A DNA stretch of 64,000 nucleotides from a virus: positions 1 through 64,000 of the IMG/VR virus record IMGVR_UViG_3300030085_004215; one strand, 5' to 3'. How positions within the stretch are numbered: the stretch's first letter is position 1; every line of letters starts with the position of its first letter. Position numbers and translations under genes: made by a program. The notes beneath the pieces are model-generated. The model ran no database searches. It was given only the letters and a program-made list of their open reading frames with translations, and had not been told where the DNA came from. Below, one piece after another: positions 1 through 9,445 of the stretch.

Positions 1-113
1 ATCTCTGTACCATTTACCCACATCTGAATGTTTTCTTCTAATGGTTCTTCTACTCTATCATCTCCACAACTAAATAAAAATAGTAATGATAATAATAAAA
101 ACTTAATCTTCAT
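1..113 (-). CDS. Putative lipoprotein, N-terminal part (runs off the left edge)
   Basis: Manual translation from ATG at 113 gives MKIKFLLLSLLFLFSCGDDRVEE: basic N-terminus, hydrophobic core, lipobox-like LFSC. GGAG SD upstream. Confidence 0.65.
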   Translation of the reverse strand, partial: MKIKFLLLSLLFLFSCGDDRVEEPLEENIQMWVNGTE

Positions 114-123
114 TTTTTTTCTC

Positions 124-1422
124 CTACCACCCAACAAACTGATAGTTCATACCGAACTTAATATCATATGCTGGTCGTTCCCAATAATTTAAATATCTTC
201 CCTCTGTAAAAACACCTAAGTTATCTTTAATCTTTACACCAAAGATAGCACCGAAATCATAATCGTTCCAACCATGCCACATTGGTTCCATCATCATAAA
301 ATCATTTGGTTCACCACCCTCTTCTAAATGAGTTTGGTAATGAGCAGCGTTGTGATAAGCATAATCAGTATGACCATAATGATATGGTAACCAATTACCC
401 CAAGCATGTAACCACCAACTTTCATCGTAGTGATACCAATCTATTCCTAATACAATTGAAGTTTCACCTTGATATCCTAAATCTTTCTTTACACCACCAA
501 TATACTTTTCTAACATTCGTGGGAAGTGATATATAAAATATTCTCTATCTGTATATGCAAATATTTTACCATCTGCTCCTCTCCACAACCAATCGTGTCC
601 CCAATACTCACCACCTTCATTCCAAAATGGACCTGAGCCTTCTATTTCTCTCATCTCACCTGTTACAGGGTCTACTTCATAAAGTGTTCTACTATCCCAA
701 CCTGTCGGAGAATTAGGGTCAATCATAGTTGAATCAAACCACATATTGTCATCTATACCAAAAGCATCTTCAGCAAAATTCCACCATTGTCCTTTATACC
801 AAGTGGTATCCAATACCATAGCATCAAACCCATAGACAGGATGTTGTCTGTGTTTCAACCCTATACTAAAATGTAGTTTTTCATTTAAAACCTCTGGTGT
901 AAGATGTAATCTTAAATCTCCATGAACATAACTAATATCTTCAAGACCCAATTCTGTCTTACCGATTTTTACCATAGCCCATTCACCAATGTATCTCACC
1001 CAATATTCTTGATTGAGATATTCATTACCCCATTGACGACCTTCTGAAAATTTAATTAAATACTCCCAACCCTTTACAGGTCCGAATGTAGCACTTTCAT
1101 TAGCATTTTGTTCTGAACCATCATACCAAACACCACCTTTACCAGCAGACTTAACACCTCTCTTTGGTTCATATTGAAATCTTGCAATCTTACGAAGTCC
1201 AAATGATGTTTGAAAATCGGGTTCTAACTCCCTTTCTGTTCTTTCTACTTGTAGAATACCTGTAGATAATCCACCCACAATAGCAAATCTATCATCTTGA
1301 TATCGTGGTGCATTCAAACTAAAACTGCCATAAGCAGTTGAGTACTTTAAAAATTTCCATATCTCATTTTCACCAAATAGAGATGTAGTTAGTAATAAAC
1401 CTATTATAATTTTCTTTAACAT
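124..1422 (-). CDS. Secreted or outer-membrane beta-barrel-like protein
   Basis: Signal peptide MLKKIIIGLLLTTSLFG, aromatic-rich alternating strands, C-terminus YDIKFGMNYQFVGW resembling a beta-signal. Confidence 0.5.
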   Translation of the reverse strand: MLKKIIIGLLLTTSLFGENEIWKFLKYSTAYGSFSLNAPRYQDDRFAIVGGLSTGILQVERTERELEPDFQTSFGLRKIARFQYEPKRGVKSAGKGGVWYDGSEQNANESATFGPVKGWEYLIKFSEGRQWGNEYLNQEYWVRYIGEWAMVKIGKTELGLEDISYVHGDLRLHLTPEVLNEKLHFSIGLKHRQHPVYGFDAMVLDTTWYKGQWWNFAEDAFGIDDNMWFDSTMIDPNSPTGWDSRTLYEVDPVTGEMREIEGSGPFWNEGGEYWGHDWLWRGADGKIFAYTDREYFIYHFPRMLEKYIGGVKKDLGYQGETSIVLGIDWYHYDESWWLHAWGNWLPYHYGHTDYAYHNAAHYQTHLEEGGEPNDFMMMEPMWHGWNDYDFGAIFGVKIKDNLGVFTEGRYLNYWERPAYDIKFGMNYQFVGW

Positions 1423-1440
1423 CGTTTTCTCCCCAATGGG

Positions 1441-1491
1441 TTATTTATCACAACATCCACAATCACAATTACAATTTTCACAATTACACAT
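1441..1491 (-). CDS. 16-aa Cys-rich metallothionein-like peptide (MCNCENCNCDCGCCDK)
   Basis: ATG at 1491, TAA at 1441-1443, AGGAG SD at 1498-1502, 7 Cys in 16 residues. Too short for the ORF track. Confidence 0.6.
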   Translation of the reverse strand: MCNCENCNCDCGCCDK

Positions 1492-1542
1492 AATTATCTC
1501 CTATTTAAAATATTCTTTGACGGTAATAAATATAAGATAGTC

Positions 1543-2580
1543 TTAAATATCGAACCTGACAACAAACGCAGTTTCATTATCTTTTGATAATTTTAATGGT
1601 CTTGCCAGTTTACCCACAACCATTAATTCATTTTTTTCATTATATAAACCAATCGTTGTTACATATGGTCTAAATTCTGAATGTGTTACCTCACCTATAT
1701 ATGAATCGGTTGCATTATATGATGTTGCAAAACTACCAGTTCCACCTATAGTTGGATTATCTCCAGGTGGAAAAAATTCATGTATATTTTTACTACCCTC
1801 TGCAATAGTAATACTACCACTTAAATCGAGTGTAGATGAAATATTTTTTGTTATATTGAATTCATTGGGTTCTGACCTTACAAGATATTCATATTCATAA
1901 ATAGTTTTTGTTGCTTTATATTTTAAAGTATGGCCTTCTAACTCATCATCACTTTTTACACCAGCATTTATTAAAGAACCCGTATCTGTAATTACTATTA
2001 TACCATGTTCATAAAATATATTACCTACTTGAGAACCACTTCCAAGTGTTGCTGCAGTGGTTGAAATACCTTGTGTTCTATCAAATGAACTTGATTTATA
2101 TGCTGCAAAACTTGATGAGAAAGCAAAATCGTATATATTACCATCTCCATCATCTCGTAAATCATAAGTTACACCACCAGTAGTTACACTTAATTTTACT
2201 GATTCTGGTTTTACCTTTTCACCAAATAAATCTTGTGGAATAGAAAATATTCTAGCAGTATTATGAAGTTCTCTTTTTTGTACTTGTGTATTATTATTTC
2301 CAAATGTTCTATATGGTTCATCATTTTCGTAATACAAATGTTTGATACTAAAATAATTTGGAATATCATAAAATGTACCATTTGCAAATGTACCATTAGA
2401 ACCAGTATATGCACCAAATGACTGTGATGCAGCAGAACCAGTATTAAAGTTGTATATAGAAGAACTTACTGCTCTTAAAACGACATGTCCACTACCGCTA
2501 TCATTATTATTTAAAGTAAAATCTTTAAATGCCTGAAAGGGTTTGATTGACTTATCGGATGGGTCAATGTTCTTTAACAT
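1543..2580 (-). CDS. Virion structural protein (baseplate/tail-associated)
   Basis: C-terminal TTIGLYNEKNELMVVGKLARPLK motif of tail-collar/baseplate type; paralogous to the adjacent gene; structural context. Confidence 0.6.
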   Translation of the reverse strand: MLKNIDPSDKSIKPFQAFKDFTLNNNDSGSGHVVLRAVSSSIYNFNTGSAASQSFGAYTGSNGTFANGTFYDIPNYFSIKHLYYENDEPYRTFGNNNTQVQKRELHNTARIFSIPQDLFGEKVKPESVKLSVTTGGVTYDLRDDGDGNIYDFAFSSSFAAYKSSSFDRTQGISTTAATLGSGSQVGNIFYEHGIIVITDTGSLINAGVKSDDELEGHTLKYKATKTIYEYEYLVRSEPNEFNITKNISSTLDLSGSITIAEGSKNIHEFFPPGDNPTIGGTGSFATSYNATDSYIGEVTHSEFRPYVTTIGLYNEKNELMVVGKLARPLKLSKDNETAFVVRFDI

Positions 2581-2589
2581 TGCTCTCCC

Positions 2590-3618
2590 CTAAAAATCGA
2601 GTTTTACTTTTATAATAGCTTCTCTTGAGTATGATTTTAAAATAGGTTTACTTAACTTAGCAACTGCTAACAATTCATTTTCATCATTATATAGACCAAC
2701 TTGTGTTATAAAAGTTTTTGGGTCTTTAAAAAATGTTTGTTGAGTAAAAGCACCATCTGAACCCGTAAAGAATGTTGGATTAGCACTAAAGTTATAATTC
2801 TTATTTGTTACCCTACAAAAGAAGTTAGTAGAACTAATTTCTTCTTCTCTACGAACTTGGAATTTTTGACCACCTACCAGAGCATTAAATAATTTTTGAG
2901 GATTATTTGCAAATGCATCTGAATTTCTACCAGTAGCAAATGAACCCGTTATATCTAATATTTCTGGATGTAGTAAAATAATTCCCAAATCAGGATAAAA
3001 TAATCCATAACTACCACCAGGTTGATTAGCAGCAGTTGTATCAACCACACCAGTACCACTTGCAATTGAACCACTAACAACATTGAATACCCTACCACCC
3101 TCATTTACTGTTGCAACATTAGTTGCACCACTATCATCAATTAGGTGTATTTTGTGTGGTGTGCCTGCACTACTAGCACTTACTACAAGTTCCCAATTAC
3201 CTGGGTCTACCTTTTCTCTCATTCTTGCTCTATTAAATGCTATAAAATAAAATTCATCAGATGCACTTGGTGCACCAGTAAATGTAAATTTTTCAGTAGC
3301 AGGTGGAAGTAAAACATTTGCAAATTGTCTGTAATTTGCTGCACTTTCTCTTGCACCTATTGTGAGTTTAGTGGTATTTCCTTGTGAACCACTTCCATTA
3401 AAATGAGCATATCCGATATCAAATTGTACTTCAGATGTCGAATCTGTATCTGGATTTTTATGTCTTACTGCTAAAAAAGACCCAGTTGCAGCTTGAGTAG
3501 AACTTGTAAAAAATGAAGTTAGTGTTCCACTACCACCACTCCAAATACCACTTGATATTTTTACTCGTTGATTCTCTACTACATCATTTGCTCTATCGAA
3601 TCTTGTAAATACTGACAT
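2590..3618 (-). CDS. Virion structural protein, paralog of 1543..2580
   Basis: C-terminal ITQVGLYNDENELLAVAKLSKPILK shared with the neighbour; S/G/T-rich. Confidence 0.6.
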   Translation of the reverse strand: MSVFTRFDRANDVVENQRVKISSGIWSGGSGTLTSFFTSSTQAATGSFLAVRHKNPDTDSTSEVQFDIGYAHFNGSGSQGNTTKLTIGARESAANYRQFANVLLPPATEKFTFTGAPSASDEFYFIAFNRARMREKVDPGNWELVVSASSAGTPHKIHLIDDSGATNVATVNEGGRVFNVVSGSIASGTGVVDTTAANQPGGSYGLFYPDLGIILLHPEILDITGSFATGRNSDAFANNPQKLFNALVGGQKFQVRREEEISSTNFFCRVTNKNYNFSANPTFFTGSDGAFTQQTFFKDPKTFITQVGLYNDENELLAVAKLSKPILKSYSREAIIKVKLDF

Positions 3619-3628
3619 CTTCTACTCC

Positions 3629-4435
3629 TTATAATCTACTTGGGTCAGCTTTGACTGTAATTGCTACATTAAAAGTAGCACCTGTCGAAAGACCAGTAAC
3701 TGTTAAATTTGTTGAGGTATCTGCGGTAACTGAACGAGAAACAACTCTTATTGATTTACCCTCTAAAGTTATTGAACGCTTTCTTTCTTCTTCATTCAAA
3801 AATACAGGTGTAGTAGCACCAACATTAGTTTGGATATCTGATATTGCAGCTGCACCTGCAGATGCTGCAGCTAAATCTGCTGGAGTAAATCCTGGTGGGA
3901 AATTACCAGCAGCAAATCCTGCTCCACCTGCAATATTACCAAAATTTGCAGGCCCCCTTCCTCTACCTCTACCTCTTCTTCTTCTTCTTTTTCGTTTTCT
4001 ACGAATAATATTAGGTGTTAAGTTTGCAATAGTTGCATCATGTAATGTGAAACTATATCCTGCTTCTGCATCACTACCATTTCTTGTATTAGGAACTACT
4101 GTCTGTGTTATGCCAGGACCAGTAAATGCTAAATTAGGAGATGGTAACTCTAATATAGGTAACTTCGCAGTATTTTTTGGTAACGATACCAATTTAAATC
4201 TCATAATTTGATTCTCATCTACAAATGCTTCAAGTAAAGGCATGTTTTCAATTACTGCCCCATAATAATTAGAACCATTTGGATGAGTTACATCCCACAA
4301 ACGATAATCGATTTCATCATCTGCTAATGCAAATTTAGTTATATTGAATTCATCTTGACCTCTAGCTAATGCTTCTCTACCCTTTTTGGTGAGAACGGCA
4401 TCAACAGTGATACTTGTATTATTTAAAAATCCCAT
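3629..4435 (-). CDS. Virion structural protein with Arg-rich insertion
   Basis: N-terminal LTKKGREALARG...ITKFALADDEIDY resembles tail-collar N-termini; internal RRKRKRRRRRGRGRGRG segment. Confidence 0.55.
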   Translation of the reverse strand: MGFLNNTSITVDAVLTKKGREALARGQDEFNITKFALADDEIDYRLWDVTHPNGSNYYGAVIENMPLLEAFVDENQIMRFKLVSLPKNTAKLPILELPSPNLAFTGPGITQTVVPNTRNGSDAEAGYSFTLHDATIANLTPNIIRRKRKRRRRRGRGRGRGPANFGNIAGGAGFAAGNFPPGFTPADLAAASAGAAAISDIQTNVGATTPVFLNEEERKRSITLEGKSIRVVSRSVTADTSTNLTVTGLSTGATFNVAITVKADPSRL

Positions 4436-4501
4436 TTTTTACTCCTATTGATTTGAACAAAGATGGTGGTGTTCTTATATAAATATAACATCGTTTACTT
4501 T

Positions 4502-7500
4502 TTACTCCACTTTTAATGCGGATTCACCTGATTCCTTAACTACAAGTTTTGTAGGTGAGGTTATTGTTATTTCTACAGGGTCATTACCGTCTATAGTATT
4601 TTTCTTTGTTAATGTTATTGGTTTATAGTATACCCTAAACAAACTACTGTCATATGATACACTTTGAAATTCTGCTGGATGAAAAGATGCACTATAAGGA
4701 TTATCTATTGAAGCACTTAGTGATGAAGAATAAAATTTTTGTTTTATTTCATTATGTTCACTTATCCTTGAGGAACTAACAAATGTCATGACAGGGTCTG
4801 TTAAATCTGATGTTATACCACCAAAAGTAACACTTGCAGTTGCATATAATGTTCCATATTCAGATTTTGGATTTATTTCATCAAGAACGGTTAATGATGG
4901 TATACCCAAAAATCCAAGTGAACCACTTTCCAAACTATTTAAATTTAATTCACTTTCAAATGTTGGAAATTCTCCATCAATTCTAAAAGGATGTATAGAT
5001 TGACTTAATCTATTTGTTAATTGTACTCCATCTTGAAATTGATTAGCATTTTCAAAAAATGTGTTTTCAAATTCTGGTTGTTTACCAACAACTTCTTTAG
5101 CTCGTTCAAGTATATTAGGTTCTATAAGTATACCAAATGTTGTATTTGCTCTTGCAGGAACCATTGTTTTCAGTTGGTCCCAAATACTTTTATCGTAATA
5201 TTGTAGTATTCTCATATAATCCCAAAAATTATTTGCTCGAGCATACTTTTTCCAATACTCTCTTTGTGTTTTTTCTAATCCTCTATATTCATATTCATAT
5301 TGGTCTCTTGGGTCACCTATTTGGTCATCTATATCAAAATTAGCTAAACTATATATAATATCTTCATTTACTACATCTACAGGTGAAAAGTAAATACCTA
5401 ATTTATTTGAATCTGTAGGTGCGGTATCATATGCAGAAGCCTCTCTTCTTACATTTACAGATAAACCACCAACAAGATTTGTAGGTTCTACTCTTATCTT
5501 TGTTGCGTTTCTTCTACTTGGTCCAATATTAGGTATTTGTAATTCCTCTTTATCAACAACACTTCTAAATGGATTGTCTGCAAATAGAGTTGCATCTGAA
5601 CCAGTTGCATAAGATGTTCTAAATGATTTATCATCTATACCATTTGGAAATGTATCAAGGTTTACATTATCACCCATTGTTAATCTATATTCAAGATTAT
5701 CATACTGAGATGCAGTAGTATTACCATTATATGCCTGTGGTGCTCGAACATGATTATCAAAAACACTTTGTGATAATGGTTCACTCCACAATCTAAATTC
5801 CATCATAGAACCACTAAATAATACCCCTTTCATATGATTAGTATTACTTGCAGCTACTGAACCACTACCACCAATAAATAAATTACCATTTGTTATAAAT
5901 GCATCATTTAGTTTTTGTCCATTAGAAGTTGTACCATCAGTTGTTAAACTCGATGAATCTTGGTAAAGTATAGTTTCTCTCGTTGCATCGTATTGTTTAC
6001 AAGTAAGTTCATACTTAACAGAACTTTTTCTATCTTCATCAGCATTTAAATCAATACCACTACCACTAATACGAGTGAGCATAACACTCCAAAAATCACC
6101 ATTATAGACAGGTAATTCAGATGAAGTTATAAATGTGTCTGTACCAGAACCTGATATTGCAAATTCTAAGTGACCTTTGTTATCTGGTGCACCATTATCT
6201 CTTAAATTAATTGCCCAACTACCCTTTGAACCTGATGCTTGCATTATTTGTTGGTCTTTAGATGGAGTTAAACTTCTATATCTAAACTCTATTGTTTGTG
6301 GTTTTATTGCAGGAGAATCAGTATTAGACCATGGAGCAATCAATATATTATTAGATTTAAAATCTAATGCATAAGTAAATTTTCTTTTTATTTCTGGTGC
6401 AACTCTTTGACCAGGTAAATTTGGTCCACCATACTCACGAACTCTTAATATAGAACTCGGTATACCATAACAATTAATTAACCCCTTTAATGCCCTCACA
6501 GTCCCTTTTGTTTTTAAAAAGAATGGTAGGTTATCAAGTATTCTTTTCCATATTTCTTCTGTCAATGATTCAGATGGAGATTCATTAAGTGCACCACCAT
6601 CAATATCCTTTCCAAGTAGATATGTAGGCACAATTACTAAATCATTACCATTTGTAAATTTTATTCCAAATTGTTTACCAACTTCACGAACTATATCTTT
6701 TGATATTCCCTCAGATACTTTAGATGACCGTTCATTTACATCTGTAAAGTGTCTAACATATGACCATATTTCATCAAATTGTTGACCTATCATATCTGTA
6801 AAATTTAAAAATTCTATATTTGAAGTATCATTTCTTACAAATGCAGGTAATTGATTTACCAACCTATCATCATTTCTTTTATCATAATCTTGTGCGTAAC
6901 TTATTTGAGTATCATACCAACCTGTAAATACAGAATGACTAGTGTGATAAATTGAAGTACTACCTGCAGCACCCTCTTTAGGCCAAGATGAATCATAAAA
7001 TTCTCCAACAGAACTACTTATGTAACTTGATGATACTGTATACAAAAAGTTTTCATATGGGTCAAACGAATTTATTACTCGTCTCTTCAAAGTTTTTTGT
7101 CTATTAAGTGAAGATAAAGAACCAGTAACATTTGTTAAATCATTAATTTCTTTAGTATAATTTTGTATCAACTCTACTTTTTTCTTCATGTTCCTTAATC
7201 GTAATTCTGCACTACCAAACTGATTAAAATTACCGTATGCATAATCAGAAAAATCTATAAACTTTTCTGTTCTTTTTTGATAATCAACATTAACTTGTAC
7301 ATCTAATAAACTACTTGAAAATAATTTATCTGCAATTTCTTGTTGTGTAGTGGTATCTGTACCAACAATATTTTCCATTGTTTGAAAACCAGTACCTTGA
7401 AAATTTATTGGATTATCTTTAGAATTAAAATTTGGAACTCGTAAATATAATAGTTCTTCTAAATCTTCTTCAAATGGAATCATATCTATCGTATCCTCAT

Positions 7501-9445
7501 ATGGTTCCATTTTTTCTTCAACAAAATATACTTTAGAATTTACTTCTATTGTATCGGGTAATGGTTCATATAGTTTTATGTATCTTGCTTTTTTATCTGC
7601 TATATCATTTATTGGAAGTGTACCATCGTTAAGTGGTAACGATTGAGCAGGTGCATCTAAAATCATAATACATAAATGCATTCCATCATCTGATACCATA
7701 TAGTTATTTAATCTTCCTACATTATTTTTACGATAGTTTACATAAAATTCATCAAATACTTTTGTTGGTTGTTGTTCACCACTATGGTCAAATTTAGTTG
7801 CTGCAGCTTCATATGATAAATCCACTCTAACTTTATTGAAATCTAATACTTCAGTAATTGTTGCTACATAATCAATAGGAACTTTATCTGGTAATTCACC
7901 CTCTTCTTCTGCAACAGCCAAAACAACATCTCTTGTAGTTGGAATCATTGGTTCATCTACAATATATTCATTGCCTGGTTCTAATAATCCAGGTTTACCA
8001 AGTGGTGGCTCAAACTCATCTACTGATTCTCTATTATTTGGATTTTGTGCTGGTGGTAAAGCACTTCCACCACCACCTCCACTACTGCCTGGTGAATCCT
8101 CTTGGTCTTCTGCTAATCTTAACATATTGATTCTATTTTTTCTCATTGTTAAGAAATGGTCCATACTTTTCCACTTACCAAGAGTTGCAGAAACAACATT
8201 ATTTGCATAAACCGTATGGTGTTTATCAAGTATTAAATTATATACATCTAATGGTGGGTAATTAAATTGAGTACCTACCTCATCTGCTCTGTACCAACTA
8301 CCTTTATGTTTGATGGGGTGTCCTGCAGTAGTTATAAGATTACCATATTTTGCTAATCCATCACCATATGGTCTATTATCTTTTACTACTTTTTTAACTT
8401 TAGCAAAACCTTGATTGGTTTTTACTTTCATACCAGGTTTCATCATTTTAATAGGTATCATTCTATTATTACTCAATCTGATTTTTGTATCCCCTACAAA
8501 ACATGCACTACCATAATCATCAAATTCATCATAATCTTGATAATCATTATCTGGTGCAGGAGTATCTTGAACTTGTTCTGTTACTGGTATGGAAACTGCT
8601 TCTTTAATTGCTCGTTTTAATTTTCTTCTTATTTCTTTAGCAGCATCTAAAAATCTTCTTCTGGCTTCTTCTTTTGGTCTTGGTCTTTCATCATCTATCT
8701 CATCATCCTCATCATCTTCTACTACAGGTGGTGGGGGTGGTGGTTGAAACTCAAACATTTCTTTAATTACAATTTCTCCACCAACCATCGAATCGGTAAA
8801 TCCTCTTTCATTTGTACCTGGTTCGAATAGTAATACATTAGGGTCTGTTAAATCAAATCTTATTTTACCAGCACCAGGTGTGTTTGTTTTTGGTATATAA
8901 ACCATATCCTTATTGATAGATGCAAAATTTTTCTGATATGGTACATTTTGAATTTGTTGTACATCTACTTTGACTTCTCTTCTATTTGGAGATATTTCTT
9001 TTATAAGATATTTTAATTCTCTTTCAAATAATTCAGAAAGTGGAGTATCTTCACCACCCTTGTCACTAAAAAATCGAGGTCTACCATTAACAACTTGAGT
9101 TCTAACTTTACCCACATGAATAAAACCATCTTCATTAATCAAAACACTCTTTTTTTGTCCAGCTAATCTTCTGAGAAATAAATACTGAACTGTAAATCTA
9201 CCTTGAGAAAATTGACTACCAATACTTCTAAGATGTGTACCAACATCAATATCTATTGTCTGTTCATTAGAAAATGAAACATCTTGGGGTTTTAAAATTT
9301 CATCTCCGTATAAAATATCACCAGATTCATCATATATTAGTAATCGTATAAAATCATTATCATCTTTACCCCAACCACTATATACACTTTTTGGAACATC
9401 TAATTGTAGTTTATCTTCTTCACTTATACCATAGGTTATTGGCAT
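4502..9445 (-). CDS. Large baseplate wedge-like protein (1647 aa) with an embedded Hint (Vint-like) domain
   Basis: KTKGTVRALKGLINCYGIP (gpI/gp7-like motif), LamG-like region FSGSMMEFRLWSEPLS, internal ACFVGDTKI...YNLILDKHHTVYANNVVSATLG. Confidence 0.65.
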   Translation of the reverse strand: MPITYGISEEDKLQLDVPKSVYSGWGKDDNDFIRLLIYDESGDILYGDEILKPQDVSFSNEQTIDIDVGTHLRSIGSQFSQGRFTVQYLFLRRLAGQKKSVLINEDGFIHVGKVRTQVVNGRPRFFSDKGGEDTPLSELFERELKYLIKEISPNRREVKVDVQQIQNVPYQKNFASINKDMVYIPKTNTPGAGKIRFDLTDPNVLLFEPGTNERGFTDSMVGGEIVIKEMFEFQPPPPPPVVEDDEDDEIDDERPRPKEEARRRFLDAAKEIRRKLKRAIKEAVSIPVTEQVQDTPAPDNDYQDYDEFDDYGSACFVGDTKIRLSNNRMIPIKMMKPGMKVKTNQGFAKVKKVVKDNRPYGDGLAKYGNLITTAGHPIKHKGSWYRADEVGTQFNYPPLDVYNLILDKHHTVYANNVVSATLGKWKSMDHFLTMRKNRINMLRLAEDQEDSPGSSGGGGGSALPPAQNPNNRESVDEFEPPLGKPGLLEPGNEYIVDEPMIPTTRDVVLAVAEEEGELPDKVPIDYVATITEVLDFNKVRVDLSYEAAATKFDHSGEQQPTKVFDEFYVNYRKNNVGRLNNYMVSDDGMHLCIMILDAPAQSLPLNDGTLPINDIADKKARYIKLYEPLPDTIEVNSKVYFVEEKMEPYEDTIDMIPFEEDLEELLYLRVPNFNSKDNPINFQGTGFQTMENIVGTDTTTQQEIADKLFSSSLLDVQVNVDYQKRTEKFIDFSDYAYGNFNQFGSAELRLRNMKKKVELIQNYTKEINDLTNVTGSLSSLNRQKTLKRRVINSFDPYENFLYTVSSSYISSSVGEFYDSSWPKEGAAGSTSIYHTSHSVFTGWYDTQISYAQDYDKRNDDRLVNQLPAFVRNDTSNIEFLNFTDMIGQQFDEIWSYVRHFTDVNERSSKVSEGISKDIVREVGKQFGIKFTNGNDLVIVPTYLLGKDIDGGALNESPSESLTEEIWKRILDNLPFFLKTKGTVRALKGLINCYGIPSSILRVREYGGPNLPGQRVAPEIKRKFTYALDFKSNNILIAPWSNTDSPAIKPQTIEFRYRSLTPSKDQQIMQASGSKGSWAINLRDNGAPDNKGHLEFAISGSGTDTFITSSELPVYNGDFWSVMLTRISGSGIDLNADEDRKSSVKYELTCKQYDATRETILYQDSSSLTTDGTTSNGQKLNDAFITNGNLFIGGSGSVAASNTNHMKGVLFSGSMMEFRLWSEPLSQSVFDNHVRAPQAYNGNTTASQYDNLEYRLTMGDNVNLDTFPNGIDDKSFRTSYATGSDATLFADNPFRSVVDKEELQIPNIGPSRRNATKIRVEPTNLVGGLSVNVRREASAYDTAPTDSNKLGIYFSPVDVVNEDIIYSLANFDIDDQIGDPRDQYEYEYRGLEKTQREYWKKYARANNFWDYMRILQYYDKSIWDQLKTMVPARANTTFGILIEPNILERAKEVVGKQPEFENTFFENANQFQDGVQLTNRLSQSIHPFRIDGEFPTFESELNLNSLESGSLGFLGIPSLTVLDEINPKSEYGTLYATASVTFGGITSDLTDPVMTFVSSSRISEHNEIKQKFYSSSLSASIDNPYSASFHPAEFQSVSYDSSLFRVYYKPITLTKKNTIDGNDPVEITITSPTKLVVKESGESALKVE
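8171..8503 (-). other. Hint-superfamily autoproteolytic domain (Vint/BIL-like)
   Basis: Block A C-F-x-G-D-T, block B TAGHP, C-terminal VYNL...HTVYAN...ATLG without a terminal His-Asn. Confidence 0.65.

Noticed and set aside
3651-4211. 186-aa plus-strand ORF, and the many similar antisense ORFs in the track
   Set aside because: These are shadows of minus-strand genes, with no SD, motifs or independent signals.
8171-8503. Canonical splicing intein with homing endonuclease
   Set aside because: Too short, no LAGLIDADG motifs and no C-terminal His-Asn plus nucleophile.
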